NCBI GenBank assembly: GCA_025603075.1
Contig: MU626267.1
Span: forward strand, 1 to 64,000
Direction: 5' to 3'
Length of the DNA: 64,000 nt
Source: Neoconidiobolus thromboides FSU 785
Taxonomy: Eukaryota; Fungi; Entomophthoromycota
The notes under the pieces were generated by a model, which saw nothing but the letters and a program-made list of their open reading frames with translations, had not been told where the DNA came from and did not search any database. Positions 50,616 to 61,310 of this stretch are shown in pieces; position 1 is the stretch's first letter; each line of letters begins with the position of its first letter. The position numbers and the translations under genes were made by a program.

Positions 50616-52847
50616 CCTTTGTTTTAATAAAGTAGAAAGTATTAAATAAAGAGAAGGACAAAGTTGGTTTTTATTTTAAACGAATATTTATACCATTTTT
50701 ATTCAATTTTACAATTTCCTATTTTATTTGGCCTTCACTCTGGATTGTTACAATTCCTATGTGCTAAAAATAACATAAAGTTTTTGTTTATACTGATATC
50801 TTTTAAACCAAACAAATTTAATATAATGAATTGTATGTATATTAAAGAATATTCTTATAAATTCGATATTAGAACAATAGCGAAAATAACAGTAATCCAT
50901 GAATTGAAGTAAACATTTAATAAGAATGGTAGATTCGCTAATGTCATTGTAAGGTCATAAGTAAAGGTATTAGACTAAACTTGATATTGTTAATAATAGT
51001 ATGGCTTTTGTGTTCTTATTTCATTAGAAGATACTGTTTAATCTGATAGCTTTCATAAAGTATCAAATTACCATATTTAACAAACGATAGTAACAAAACT
51101 ATCTCAAAGCTTTGATACTAATTAAAATTAAATGATATCGCAGTTATATTCCAATGCTATTTTTATAGTTATAATCATAAGCTAAATTACTATGGTTCCT
51201 TTTTTAAATGTATTCATTGTTTTTATAATAAGATTATTAATCCATACTATCTATATCAAGAAACCTTAGTATTTGATCAAATCTGATTAAATTTAGGGGC
51301 TACCAGCTTTAATTTCACAAGTTCATTTATTTTTAAATTGCACCCAAGGTACTAAATATCAGTAAAATAAGCCACAACTCCTTTCACTTCTAAAGCGGTC
51401 ATCAATAAAAGCTATCTTTTTACTGAAGGCTGATTATCTAATTCATTATAATAATTCAGCTTAAAGGGATATGGAACATACGCACTCCTAAGTTACAACT
51501 TGTTTGACGAAGGATTGAAAATTTAAGCATAAGTTCCTTAAAATTCCAAGCTTGATCTAATTACTAAATTTAGAAAATGTGCCAAAATTGCCAAGACGCT
51601 TTTTAACATTTTCGCTTTCTTGTAGCTATTTATGTCACATCTTACCTTATGATAGTGCTTAATTCAGATACATAATTGAATCTTTTATAAATATTTTAAA
51701 ACTTAAACAATATACAAATACTGTAAGAATCCTATTAAGGAGCTTGACCTGACATTAAATTATTCAAAGTTCGAAATTACGATTACAAAAATTGTTAGAT
51801 ATTTTATGGTGCTGTTTACCCTCTATATTATTTTGCTCCATATCCTAAATACACATTTGATTATAATAGGTTATCTAATCATTATCCTGTGAATATTAAA
51901 GTTTGTGAGTTGTTCTTCGAATTTAGTTACTTTTAAAGCCAATAAAATCAATTTCAATATAAATGTGTAATTAAATATGGCTTAATAAAAATTAAGGTGC
52001 AATTATTTAAAATTCAAAAGCTAATGTCACCATAAAGATAACAAAATAGTATGTTATACTATATGTTATATTATAAAATTGATGCTTTTATTTGTATTTT
52101 TTGTCATAATTTAGAATAAAGGCTCGTCTATTTTTCCTAATCAACTACTGGAAGCAGGTCAATATGAATTGGAAAAAATAAAAAATTAAAGGTTGTTAAA
52201 AGCGAGACTTAAGTTTAAAGGGATTCTGTACTTCTGAAAGTACAGGAGGAACAATATTATATATTAGTTCCCAAAACAATTCGAAAAATGGATATGTGGT
52301 ATAACCTTTGTTGTAGAAAGCCACTATGTAAAGTGCTATTGCCATTATAGTTTCATAATTTTTGTTTCAACCATACTTCAACAGCTATTTATAAAAATGA
52401 ACTAATGTTTTTTAAAAATACTCATAATATAGCACAAAATACCAGCGCATTATCTGGTTTATATGGACTTATGGATAGTAGATAGAAACAAATATTAAGG
52501 AGCCATCAAGGGAATAAAATTAAAAGAACTAGCTATATAGCCTAGTGGTATTTCTTATTCTTAGTTTTTGTATATTTTCCATAGTCATTTATGATAAGCA
52601 AAAACACTACAAATGAATATAATCAAAATAAATACAGGTAGGATATAAACATTCAATTATACATAAAGTAAAGTAATATATAATTACTGCTCATAGATAG
52701 CTAGGGGTTAATGTATTAAATATAGCCAAACCTTAAATTATTAGTTTATAGGCTTTATACAAAAATTAAGATGTTTTTTCTAGGATGGCAGTGAAACTGC
52801 TCCTAATATGAACTTCAGTTACAGTTTAAGATTAAAAATTAATAAAT

Positions 52848-52945
52848 GGGGGTGTTTTTTTGTGTTTAAGAATTTTACTAACAATCTTTCCACTCGAATA
52901 GCACTTAAAAAATGGAAAAATAATGAAATTAAAAAAAACATCCCC
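52848..52945 (+). mobile_element. MITE copy with a perfect AAAT TSD
   Basis: AAAT+GGGGGTG...ACATCCCC+AAAT. Confidence 0.92.
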
Positions 52946-53409
52946 AAATACTTTGGAGACAGGTTAGATAACATGTTTTTCTAACTTTAAAAAATCAAAA
53001 GATAGGATATTAAGCGCTTCGTGCTACTCTATTAAATTATATAAGGCTATTATTAAGTTACTTGAGAGTAGTTATCCTGCTAATCTCAAGCAGATCATCA
53101 TTGGTACTTCAGTCAATAGGGGTCCAATAAAGCTATTATCCAAACAAAGTGTCTACTGAAAACACATCAAAAAGTTATTTCAAACAACTCCTAAGCTATA
53201 AAATTTAAACCATTTTTTTCGAGGATTTAGAGTTGATAATAACCTTGGTGATATTAGATTGAATCAAAGGAGCCTTGTTCAAAACTTCATATGTGGTTTT
53301 TTTCAGTTTTATATCATTTTTACCTAGGGCTGGAGTAATCAAGAATAATACAGTTATTTTAAGAGATACAAAAAATGATTAATTATAAATTTTCTTTCCT
53401 TTAACATAT

Positions 53410-53508
53410 GGGGATGTATTTTTGTATTTAAGAATTTTACTAACAATCTTTCTGCTCAAATAGCACTTAAAAAATAGAAAAAGTAATGAAACCAAAAAAA
53501 ACACCCCC
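53410..53508 (+). mobile_element. MITE copy
   Basis: GGGGATG...ACACCCCC; ATAT/ATAT flanks. Confidence 0.92.
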
Positions 53509-54058
53509 ATATGCTACTCCAATCATAACCTAGCTAGGAGTAAGAGACTATCGTAATTTAGAAAGCCTTCAAGTGCCAAATCTGATAAAACTATTCGACC
53601 TAACACCATATTGCATCTACTATTGGAGCATTATATTGGCTAGTAATAAAATATATCAAGACTTACATTTAATTTGATATAATACTGTACTATATTATTG
53701 TTTTAGTCAAACCAATCAAGTCAACTTTCATTTTTAATACCAACCTTTGTAGTTTTTGAATACCCAAACAAAGCTCTTGTTGGTAACTCAGTTAAATGGA
53801 GGTAGGAAAGTCAACCCTTACCTAATGTTATATAAAATCAAATAATAAAACTGTTCTAGTATTAAATAGTGGTCATGTTTGAAATATTTAGTATTTTTTT
53901 TAGTGTTTATATTTTGAGCGTTCTACTAAAATAAATGATGATACAAACTCAACTAAAACAATTTAAAATATCAAAGTGTAGAATTTGATCTTATTTAGTC
54001 TCTCTGTTTTATTAAAAAAAATTCTTAAACAAGTGAAATATAACTTAATTTATTATAG

Positions 54059-54718
54059 TTAAGGTTTAGGTTGAACACTAGGCATATTACCATTTTGTAC
54101 TGCTAAAAACCTTTTTTCCTCAATACCCTTTAAACATCTGGGAAGTATAAGGTCCGCAGCCCCAACATTATTTATTAAACAATGCTTTAGCTCTTCGATC
54201 AAAAATTTACTGTAAATTCGACACTGTAAGCCATTACCATTAACCTCATAATTATATCTGTATAGTCCAAATTTGTTGCAATCCATAATATATCTACTAT
54301 CATTACTCCAAGCAATTAAATTCCAATAAAGTAGTTGTTTTGTATAACTAAATAAAAGTATATCGTCTTCCATTAACATACAGTATGTTTTACTTTCATT
54401 ACATTGTAATAATGCACTATAAAATACATTTTTAATTCGACACTCTCGTGGTGTTATTCTCTCACAATTAGTACTCTCTATAATCTTTTCAGGATACTTC
54501 AGTTTACCGAAACTATTCATAACTTTCTCTATTGCTTTATAATTCCTTATCTTATATTCTGAAAGTAATACAGTTTCTAATCGACTGCTTAATAGTTCAT
54601 CAATATCCTCATTACTTGGAAATAAAAATACATACGCTAACCTTAAATAAAGTAATACAAATACTACTGGTATTAACAATAACATTTTTTTTATACTAGG
54701 TCGAGTTAATAATCCCAT
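54059..54718 (-). CDS. Type II membrane glycosyltransferase-like protein (GT-A-like, MEDD motif)
   Basis: N-terminal TM; YCMLMEDDILL; C-terminal AVQNGNMPS resembling the QHxGxxS motif of GT54/PGAP4-like enzymes; Cys-rich lumenal domain. Confidence 0.6.
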   Translation of the reverse strand: MGLLTRPSIKKMLLLIPVVFVLLYLRLAYVFLFPSNEDIDELLSSRLETVLLSEYKIRNYKAIEKVMNSFGKLKYPEKIIESTNCERITPRECRIKNVFYSALLQCNESKTYCMLMEDDILLFSYTKQLLYWNLIAWSNDSRYIMDCNKFGLYRYNYEVNGNGLQCRIYSKFLIEELKHCLINNVGAADLILPRCLKGIEEKRFLAVQNGNMPSVQPKP

Positions 54719-55870
54719 TTTGATTCAATCTTCAATTGTTATATTGCTAGACTTTGTAGATTTGATATTTGTTTTATGTCCACCACTATTGTTGGATTAA
54801 ATTTTTCACAAAAAATATCAAAACAGTACATTTGTTTTTATTTATATCTTTTCATACTATGATTAATTTATTTTAATTCCGACGATTGTTGTTTACAGTC
54901 TAAATTTAATTTAAAAATAGCCTTTTAGTGACTACATCTCAATCAAATGACCTAAGAAAAAGATTAGGATACTATTTTTATATAACAATAAATCGAATTC
55001 ATGGACATTAACCTCTCTAGCTTACATTATTCTTTTAAAAGCTTTGATAGCTATACCATTCTTTTACATTATGTTACTGGAAAATGTAATACAGTTTAAA
55101 TAATAGTTATATGACTATATTTTCATAAGACCTAATTTATAACAAGTGGTATACCTTATTCGTTCATGGCATTTTACTTTCTAATTTTTAATACTAAGTT
55201 CTTAAAAGAATGTTAATGAATATATATATATTTGAGTTTTTTTAAGAGGCAAAGATACCATATAAAGAAACATAATATCCTAACTAAGATTTTTAAGCCT
55301 TTTTTATAATATATCTTTGTTTCTAAAACACCAACTGTCCTGAGATAAATATAAAGTACTATGTTTAATGCCAAGGATTTCGATGAGATTACATCAAGCT
55401 CTTCCATAAAAACTTTGTTCTTATTAGAAAGTAAACTAAATTTGATTGAAATTCAAATTATGCTGTTGTATCTCTATTGTGATCTAATTAATAATTGGTT
55501 TAATAATAAAATTTTGTTAGGATTGGATTAAAATCTAAAGGTTAGGCATGAAAAAAACCAAATAAACGACTTAAATATTTTAAAATCACCACAAATTAAA
55601 TCTGAATAGAGTTGCTATAGCAGCTACAAACTAATTTTTTTTAGAGAGTAGCTGTTTTTTTTATAAACCTTGAAAGAGCTGGGGGCTTCTAAGTGTTTAT
55701 TGTTAAGGGATAATTGAAAACAAGCGCATGATCGATAGGATAGTTAGGTAGATGTAGAAGGTAATGAGCAGTTTCTAAGGTTTAAAACATGGATTTAAAG
55801 GTTTAGATCCATTTGATTAATGTTTTTGATAAAAATTGGTAAATTCAAGCTTTTTAAACGTCTTAAATAT

Positions 55871-55969
55871 GGGGATGTATTTTTTTGTTTAACAATTTTA
55901 CTAACAATGTTTCCACTCAAATAGCGCTTAAAAGGTGGAAAAAGTAATGAAACCAAAAAAATCATCCTC
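55871..55969 (+). mobile_element. MITE copy
   Basis: GGGGATG...CATCCTC; ATAT/ATAT flanks. Confidence 0.9.
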
Positions 55970-56380
55970 ATATGGTATTCCATTATAAATCCAAGTTATC
56001 TATTAACCTAATATTTTGAATCCTTATGTAACTCCTGAATACATTTTGAGATAAACTATACTATATCTATTAAAAAGCACCAGCTGTCCAAAAATTTTAA
56101 GTATAGTCTATAAAAAACATTGACAATTTTGCAAATAAATCACTATAGTTTTTTGTATATACAATAAAATACTATGAAATTAATATACTGGATACCAATA
56201 TGCAAAAACTACTATGCAGGAATTTTTTGTTAAACTTCATTGTATTTTTAGTGATATTAGTGTTCGAAAATAATTTGACATATATGAGGCTATGTCGAAA
56301 ATAAGTCGATTTTTAATAACACAATGAGAACGAAACAAGTTGAAAATTTATTGTATAATAGCATTTATATATCAGTACAT

Positions 56381-56477
56381 GGGGATGTTTTTTAGCTTCA
56401 TTACTTTTTTTACCTTTTAAGCGCTATTTGAGTGGAAGATTTGTTAGTAAAATTCTTAAACACAAAAATATAGCCAC
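56381..56477 (-). mobile_element. MITE copy
   Basis: ACAT/ATAT flanks; internal consensus. Confidence 0.87.
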
Positions 56478-57056
56478 ATATACTGTTATAATCTCATAAA
56501 TTTCTAAGTTCTATTTATAAAGTTATAAATGCTTTTTCGAAACTTTTCGTGACCGCTATAAATAAAAGATATCAATTTTTAACTCAAATAAAAAATAGCT
56601 TTCATAAAAACCCAATATTAATTTACAATCCTCGATTAAATTATTGTTACATTCTTTTTTTCATTCATAATATTTCTTAAATATAATGATTTTTTTAAAT
56701 AAGTAAATCATGTTTAATATTTCAACTGCTAAGGATTTATGAATATTAATGTTATTTTAAATATGTTTAGAACTTTATCCAAGTATATAAGTGAAAGTAG
56801 TAAATATGGAAGGTAATATGGTTGTTATCATTTTCAAAAAGATGGGTATAAATAAATTCTAGATCTTGGGTTTAGTTTGGTGGTACTTATTTTATCTATA
56901 TTTTAAATCAGCCTAAGTTTTTAAAACTATGGAACTTTATAAAGGTCTCAAATAAAATCAATTAGAAGAGACTTCAATAATAATAGTCTATCATAAATTA
57001 CAATATTATTAAACAATTATTACAATAAACATAACAACCAATATATTTTTCAGTAT

Positions 57057-57149
57057 GAAGATTTACTTTTTGTTTAAGAAATTTATTAGTATTTTTTCCC
57101 GCTTAATAGCGCTTGAAAAAGTGAAAAAGGAATAAAACTCTAACACCCT
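57057..57149 (+). mobile_element. MITE copy (old, diverged)
   Basis: TTTGTTTAAGAAATTT...CCGCTTAATAGCGCTTGAAAAAGTGAAAAAG. Confidence 0.7.
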
Positions 57150-57206
57150 GGATATAAAATAAAGTTCAAAATTTAAACTATACCTTAATCTTTGAAATTA
57201 TGATAT

Positions 57207-57303
57207 AAGAGTGTTTTTTTTGGCTTCATTACTTTTTCCATTTTTAAGCACTATTTGAGCGGAAAAATTGGTACTAAAATTCTTAAACGGAAAAAGGCAT
57301 CCC
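57207..57303 (-). mobile_element. MITE copy
   Basis: ATAT/ATAT flanks. Confidence 0.87.
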
Positions 57304-57506
57304 ATATATATAAAGAGGTCTAAAAAGGTTCAGAAGTTTTCTAGATTTTTAAAAAATTAAGTTTTTTAAAAACTATTACTTTGTCTTTACAACTCAAGCA
57401 AAAAATCAAATGTACTTTTATTAAGTAGTTATTTGTTATCATTTACTTTGCAATAACTTAATTTATACCGCCACTCCATAGATATCAAACAAAACTCATA
57501 TCACAA

Positions 57507-57602
57507 ATGTATGAGCTCACTATTGAAAATTTTATCAAACTTGCTTACTATATCGAAACAAATGATTTGGATTTTATAAGGTTTATCCTTGATTTTTGTT
57601 AA
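57507..57602 (+). CDS. Putative 31-aa micropeptide, copy A (MYELTIENFIKLAYYIETNDLDFIRFILDFC)
   Basis: Below the ORF-track cutoff; near-identical paralog at 58978; AAATG start context; AATAAA just after the stop. Confidence 0.6.
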   Translation: MYELTIENFIKLAYYIETNDLDFIRFILDFC

Positions 57603-58517
57603 TTTTAATTTATATAATAAATGCTCCTTTCTTGCTAATATTTTTATGTTTATATTCTTTATTCACAATCAATTGGATCTGTTCCTATAGATAATCATTA
57701 GTGATACACTGGGATGTTAAACACTGCTAAAGTCATATATAAACCAATAAACTTGTACCAACACTATGTACTATTTATAACTCTTAGTATCATTTCTAAA
57801 TTAATTGGAATTGCTATTGGTTTTTAATACTTATCTATTTTACCCACACTACAGTACTTCACTAAATTTCTCATAAAAGAACAAACAATAACTTAACTCC
57901 CTTTAAGCACCCATTATAAAGTAAGATCCTTTATAATTAAACAGTATCGCTTAAATAATCCCTCCTTTTCTATCCAAAAACAATATAGGAATGCTTTTAA
58001 GAATTGTCCTTTTTGTTACATTTTCAAAATTTAGAAATCAATCAGTCAATACAGCTTTGTTCGAGCTTAGAAGTGTATTATCTAGCTGTTCATTTCATAA
58101 TAAAAATTCAAAATATTAAGCTGTAAATAAGCAAATAATTAAATAAATATATACTTTATGACTATTCAACGCATATTTGAACATCTAAACAATCAGATCA
58201 TTAACTAATTTCTAAAATGTAAAGTAGCAAAAAGGATAAATAATAAAAATATTCCCACATTTTACCATTAGAATCATAAACTTAACAGCCTATATAATAA
58301 ATATTCTTTGAACAAATTTAAAAATAAGGTTTATAATTATTATAATAAAAATTATTTAACAAACTAAAATAATGGAACCAAAAAAACAGCCTCATATTCT
58401 GTTTTAAAAAAACCTAAATACAATTTATTATTATAACTAATAACTTTATGTCTTAAAAAGGACTATTTGTTTATAGGTTGTTTGTATCTTAATTGTTAAA
58501 CTTAGTTTACAAAATAT

Positions 58518-58612
58518 GGTAATATCTTTTTTGTTTGAGAAGTTTAAAATTGACTTTTCCATTCAATACGACTCAAAAATGGAAAAAGTAGTGAAACAAA
58601 GAAGTACCTCCC
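58518..58612 (+). mobile_element. MITE copy (diverged)
   Basis: ATAT/ATAT flanks; ends in CCTCCC. Confidence 0.72.
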
Positions 58613-58977
58613 ATATGGATCGAATAATAAAGTCCGAATTTAAAACTACACACCATCTTTTTAAACTGCATTTAGAATACTTGTTTATCATTTAGGCTGC
58701 CCCTAATTTCTTAGGTTTATATTTTTTGCATAAATATCGGCCATTAAAAAATGGGCTTATTTGATAATTTTGCAATACAGTTTTCTTCGATAAGGCTAAT
58801 AATCTGAAGGTTGGTGAGCACTGCTGAAAAGTATAAATACTCTTATACGTTACTCATTTTAAAAAAATATTAACCATATTCTCAAAAAACAATAAGTTTA
58901 TTACTATCTACTCTCACCTTTTAACTTATTGCTGTATATCGCACTCTCTATAAATCAAATCTAAGGCTGCATCATAA

Positions 58978-59073
58978 ATGTATGAACTCAACATCGAAAA
59001 CTTTATCAAACTTGCTTACTATATCGAAACAAATGATTTGGATTTTATAAGGTTTATCCTTGATTTTTGTTAA
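58978..59073 (+). CDS. Putative 31-aa micropeptide, copy B (MYELNIENFIKLAYYIETNDLDFIRFILDFC)
   Basis: In-frame TAA directly before the ATG; 5 nt differences from copy A, giving 3 synonymous codons and 1 amino-acid change; AATAAA after the stop. Confidence 0.6.
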   Translation: MYELNIENFIKLAYYIETNDLDFIRFILDFC

Positions 59074-59124
59074 TTTTAATCTAATAAATATTTATTTTTT
59101 ATTAATATTTTTAGTACTTTATAT

Positions 59125-59219
59125 GTGGATGTATTTTTTTGTTTAGGAATTTTATTAACAGTTATTCTACTTAATGTTTGAAAAATAGAAAAAGTGATGA
59201 AATCAAAAAAAGTATTACC
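59125..59219 (+). mobile_element. MITE copy (diverged)
   Basis: ATAT+GTGGATGTATTTT...; starts 51 bp after the stop of micro-ORF B. Confidence 0.78.
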
Positions 59220-59722
59220 ACGTCTTAAATTTCACACATATTTTATTAAGTATTCTAATCGATTTGTGACTAATAGAACATTCAAGTTAAACAAAGTTCT
59301 ATAAATTATTGGACTTGAAATAAAGTCATAATGCTATTTATAATTGTTTATTAGGACCTTATAGGTCTACTTATAAACAAGCTACTATTAATTTTTAGCT
59401 TCATCTTTTTCTCACACTTTAATATGATCCATATTCAGTATTATAAAACCTTAATAAAATTGGTTTCACTTCAAGCTCTATTAAAAATACCATCATTTTA
59501 ATTTAGCCAATAATATCCTTTGTACTCCCTTTTCTAAATAAAAAAAGCCAATCAATTTTCAAAGCGACAAAAATAGTTACCATTAAAATACATTTTTTAA
59601 AACAAGTTAACAATGACATAAAACAACTGATGAGGTAAGCTTTAGTTCATTCTAAACATAAAGTATAAAACCACATAAACAACTACCAGCTTTCTTTTTT
59701 ATAATAATAAACAATTGAAACG

Positions 59723-60175
59723 ATGTCAGAATTAAACGAACAACAGACAAAGCAAGCTAAAGATATCTTTAACCAATTTGATACTGATAAGAGTGGTAAG
59801 ATAAGTGCTGATGAGCTCAAAAATATGTTGCCAAAATTAGGTGTTGATCTTGATGACGCTGGTATAAAAAAGATGCTCTCATCTGCTGATAAGGACCAGA
59901 ATGGAGAAGTCGACTTTGAAGAATTTAAAAAAATAGCAGGTGGTATGTTTGCTGTAGATGTAGATGAAGAAGAAGATAATCGTAAAACTTTTGATGAGTT
60001 TGATACGGATAAAGATGGCCACATTAATAAAGTAGAATTTGCAAAAGCAATGAGAGCGGACGATCCAGAGATTGAACAAGAAGAAATTGATGGAATTTTT
60101 GCTGAAACAGATGACAATGGTGATGGTTTGATTTCATATGATGAATTTTGTAAGGCAGTTAATAAAGGCCAATAA
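59723..60175 (+). CDS. Calmodulin-like 4-EF-hand protein (diverged from canonical calmodulin)
   Basis: DTDKSGKISADE, DKDQNGEVDFEE, DTDKDGHINKVE and DDNGDGLISYDE loops. Confidence 0.92.
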   Translation: MSELNEQQTKQAKDIFNQFDTDKSGKISADELKNMLPKLGVDLDDAGIKKMLSSADKDQNGEVDFEEFKKIAGGMFAVDVDEEEDNRKTFDEFDTDKDGHINKVEFAKAMRADDPEIEQEEIDGIFAETDDNGDGLISYDEFCKAVNKGQ

Positions 60176-60295
60176 AGAAGTGAAGGTGTGAAATAAAAAG
60201 AAAAAAAGTGAAAAATATTAATTTCGTGTTCAAAATTGAGTTTATTCTATATTTTATTATTCTATACACGTATTAAAGGTAATTCATTTAATTAT

Positions 60296-61127
60296 TTAAT
60301 ATTGTTTTTTTAAAAATTGTTGATAACCTATACAATTATTACAACCTATTGGATATTGATTATTAAGCTTAAGTTTATATTCTTCAATAGTATTGTATTT
60401 AGATTTATATTCTGCATCCTTACATATCCATTTAGTTTAATACAGTGTTTGTTAAAATATATTAATTTACCTCATCACTAGGTAAATAGTCGGCTAGAGC
60501 TTGAGTTTGGAACTGTAAATTTTTTAAACAGTCTGAACAAAAGGAATTAGGCTCTTGAAGTTTATTTCCACCTATTTGAATTAAATTAATGTCTCATATT
60601 TAACAAAAATATGTAATAGTGACTTACTTCTCAATGTAAACCCAATGTTTCTTTCCTTTGCCATTAATGGAGTAAAATCCACCAAATCACCGTTCTACCA
60701 ACAATGATTATTAAAAAAATCAACAATTGAATATTTGTCTTACCTCATCTCTAAAATTCATTTCCTTACACCATTGACATTTCCATAATTTCTTATTAAC
60801 TCTCAGCTTCTCAAACTTAGTACTTTGATTACAATTAAAACACTTTAATCTAACTGAATTGAACAAATAATTGTTCATCAATAAATAGCTGATTCTGTAG
60901 ACTAAATAAAGACTAAGGATAAATAATAGATAGTAAATGTAATTGTTTTCTAAATTGAGCCATGGTAAATATTGTTGAGTTAGATGATTAAGGATCTGTT
61001 CATCGGTTAAACCTTCCTTTTTTAATATTTGAGCTTCAAGAATTATAGGTTCGAAGATGACTTGAATTGTATTATTATAAATGTATTGATCGAGTTTATT
61101 TAATAGAATGAGTGCTTTAGTTAACAT
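60296..61127 (-). CDS. ima1: Ima1/TMEM201 (Samp1)-like nuclear-envelope Zn-finger protein, 4 exons
   Basis: CFNC...WKCQWCKEMNFRDE|NGDLVD...FCSDCLKN...LADYLPSDE|...YPIGCNNC after removing three GT-AG introns. Confidence 0.78.
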
Positions 61128-61310
61128 TATCGGATTAATATTTAGAAAAAACAAAGATAAAGATTTTGATTCAAATTAAAAAAAATTAAATTCCATTCGA
61201 AAATTCAAATTACCATAATATTTTGGAATTTTATTCTTTAATTAAATTAAATTCAACTATTTTTACATATTTTTCCACCATAATAAATTGATTAAATTAT
61301 TTTATCAACT

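Noticed and set aside
53000-53900. Possible decayed LRR/RNI-like gene (ANLKQIII, TPKL, NLESLQVPNL) split by the MITE at 53410
   Set aside because: Fragments are too short and full of stops to support a call
55213-55407. 64-aa ATG-initiated ORF; also 50664-50912, 17899-18204 and 25282-25512
   Set aside because: No motif, paralog or coding-like composition; typical of spurious AT-rich ORFs
938-59219. CRISPR-like or tRNA/SINE interpretation of the dispersed 99-bp repeat
   Set aside because: Copies are irregularly spaced, in both orientations, and have TIRs and TSDs; there is no spacer array, A/B box or poly(A) tail
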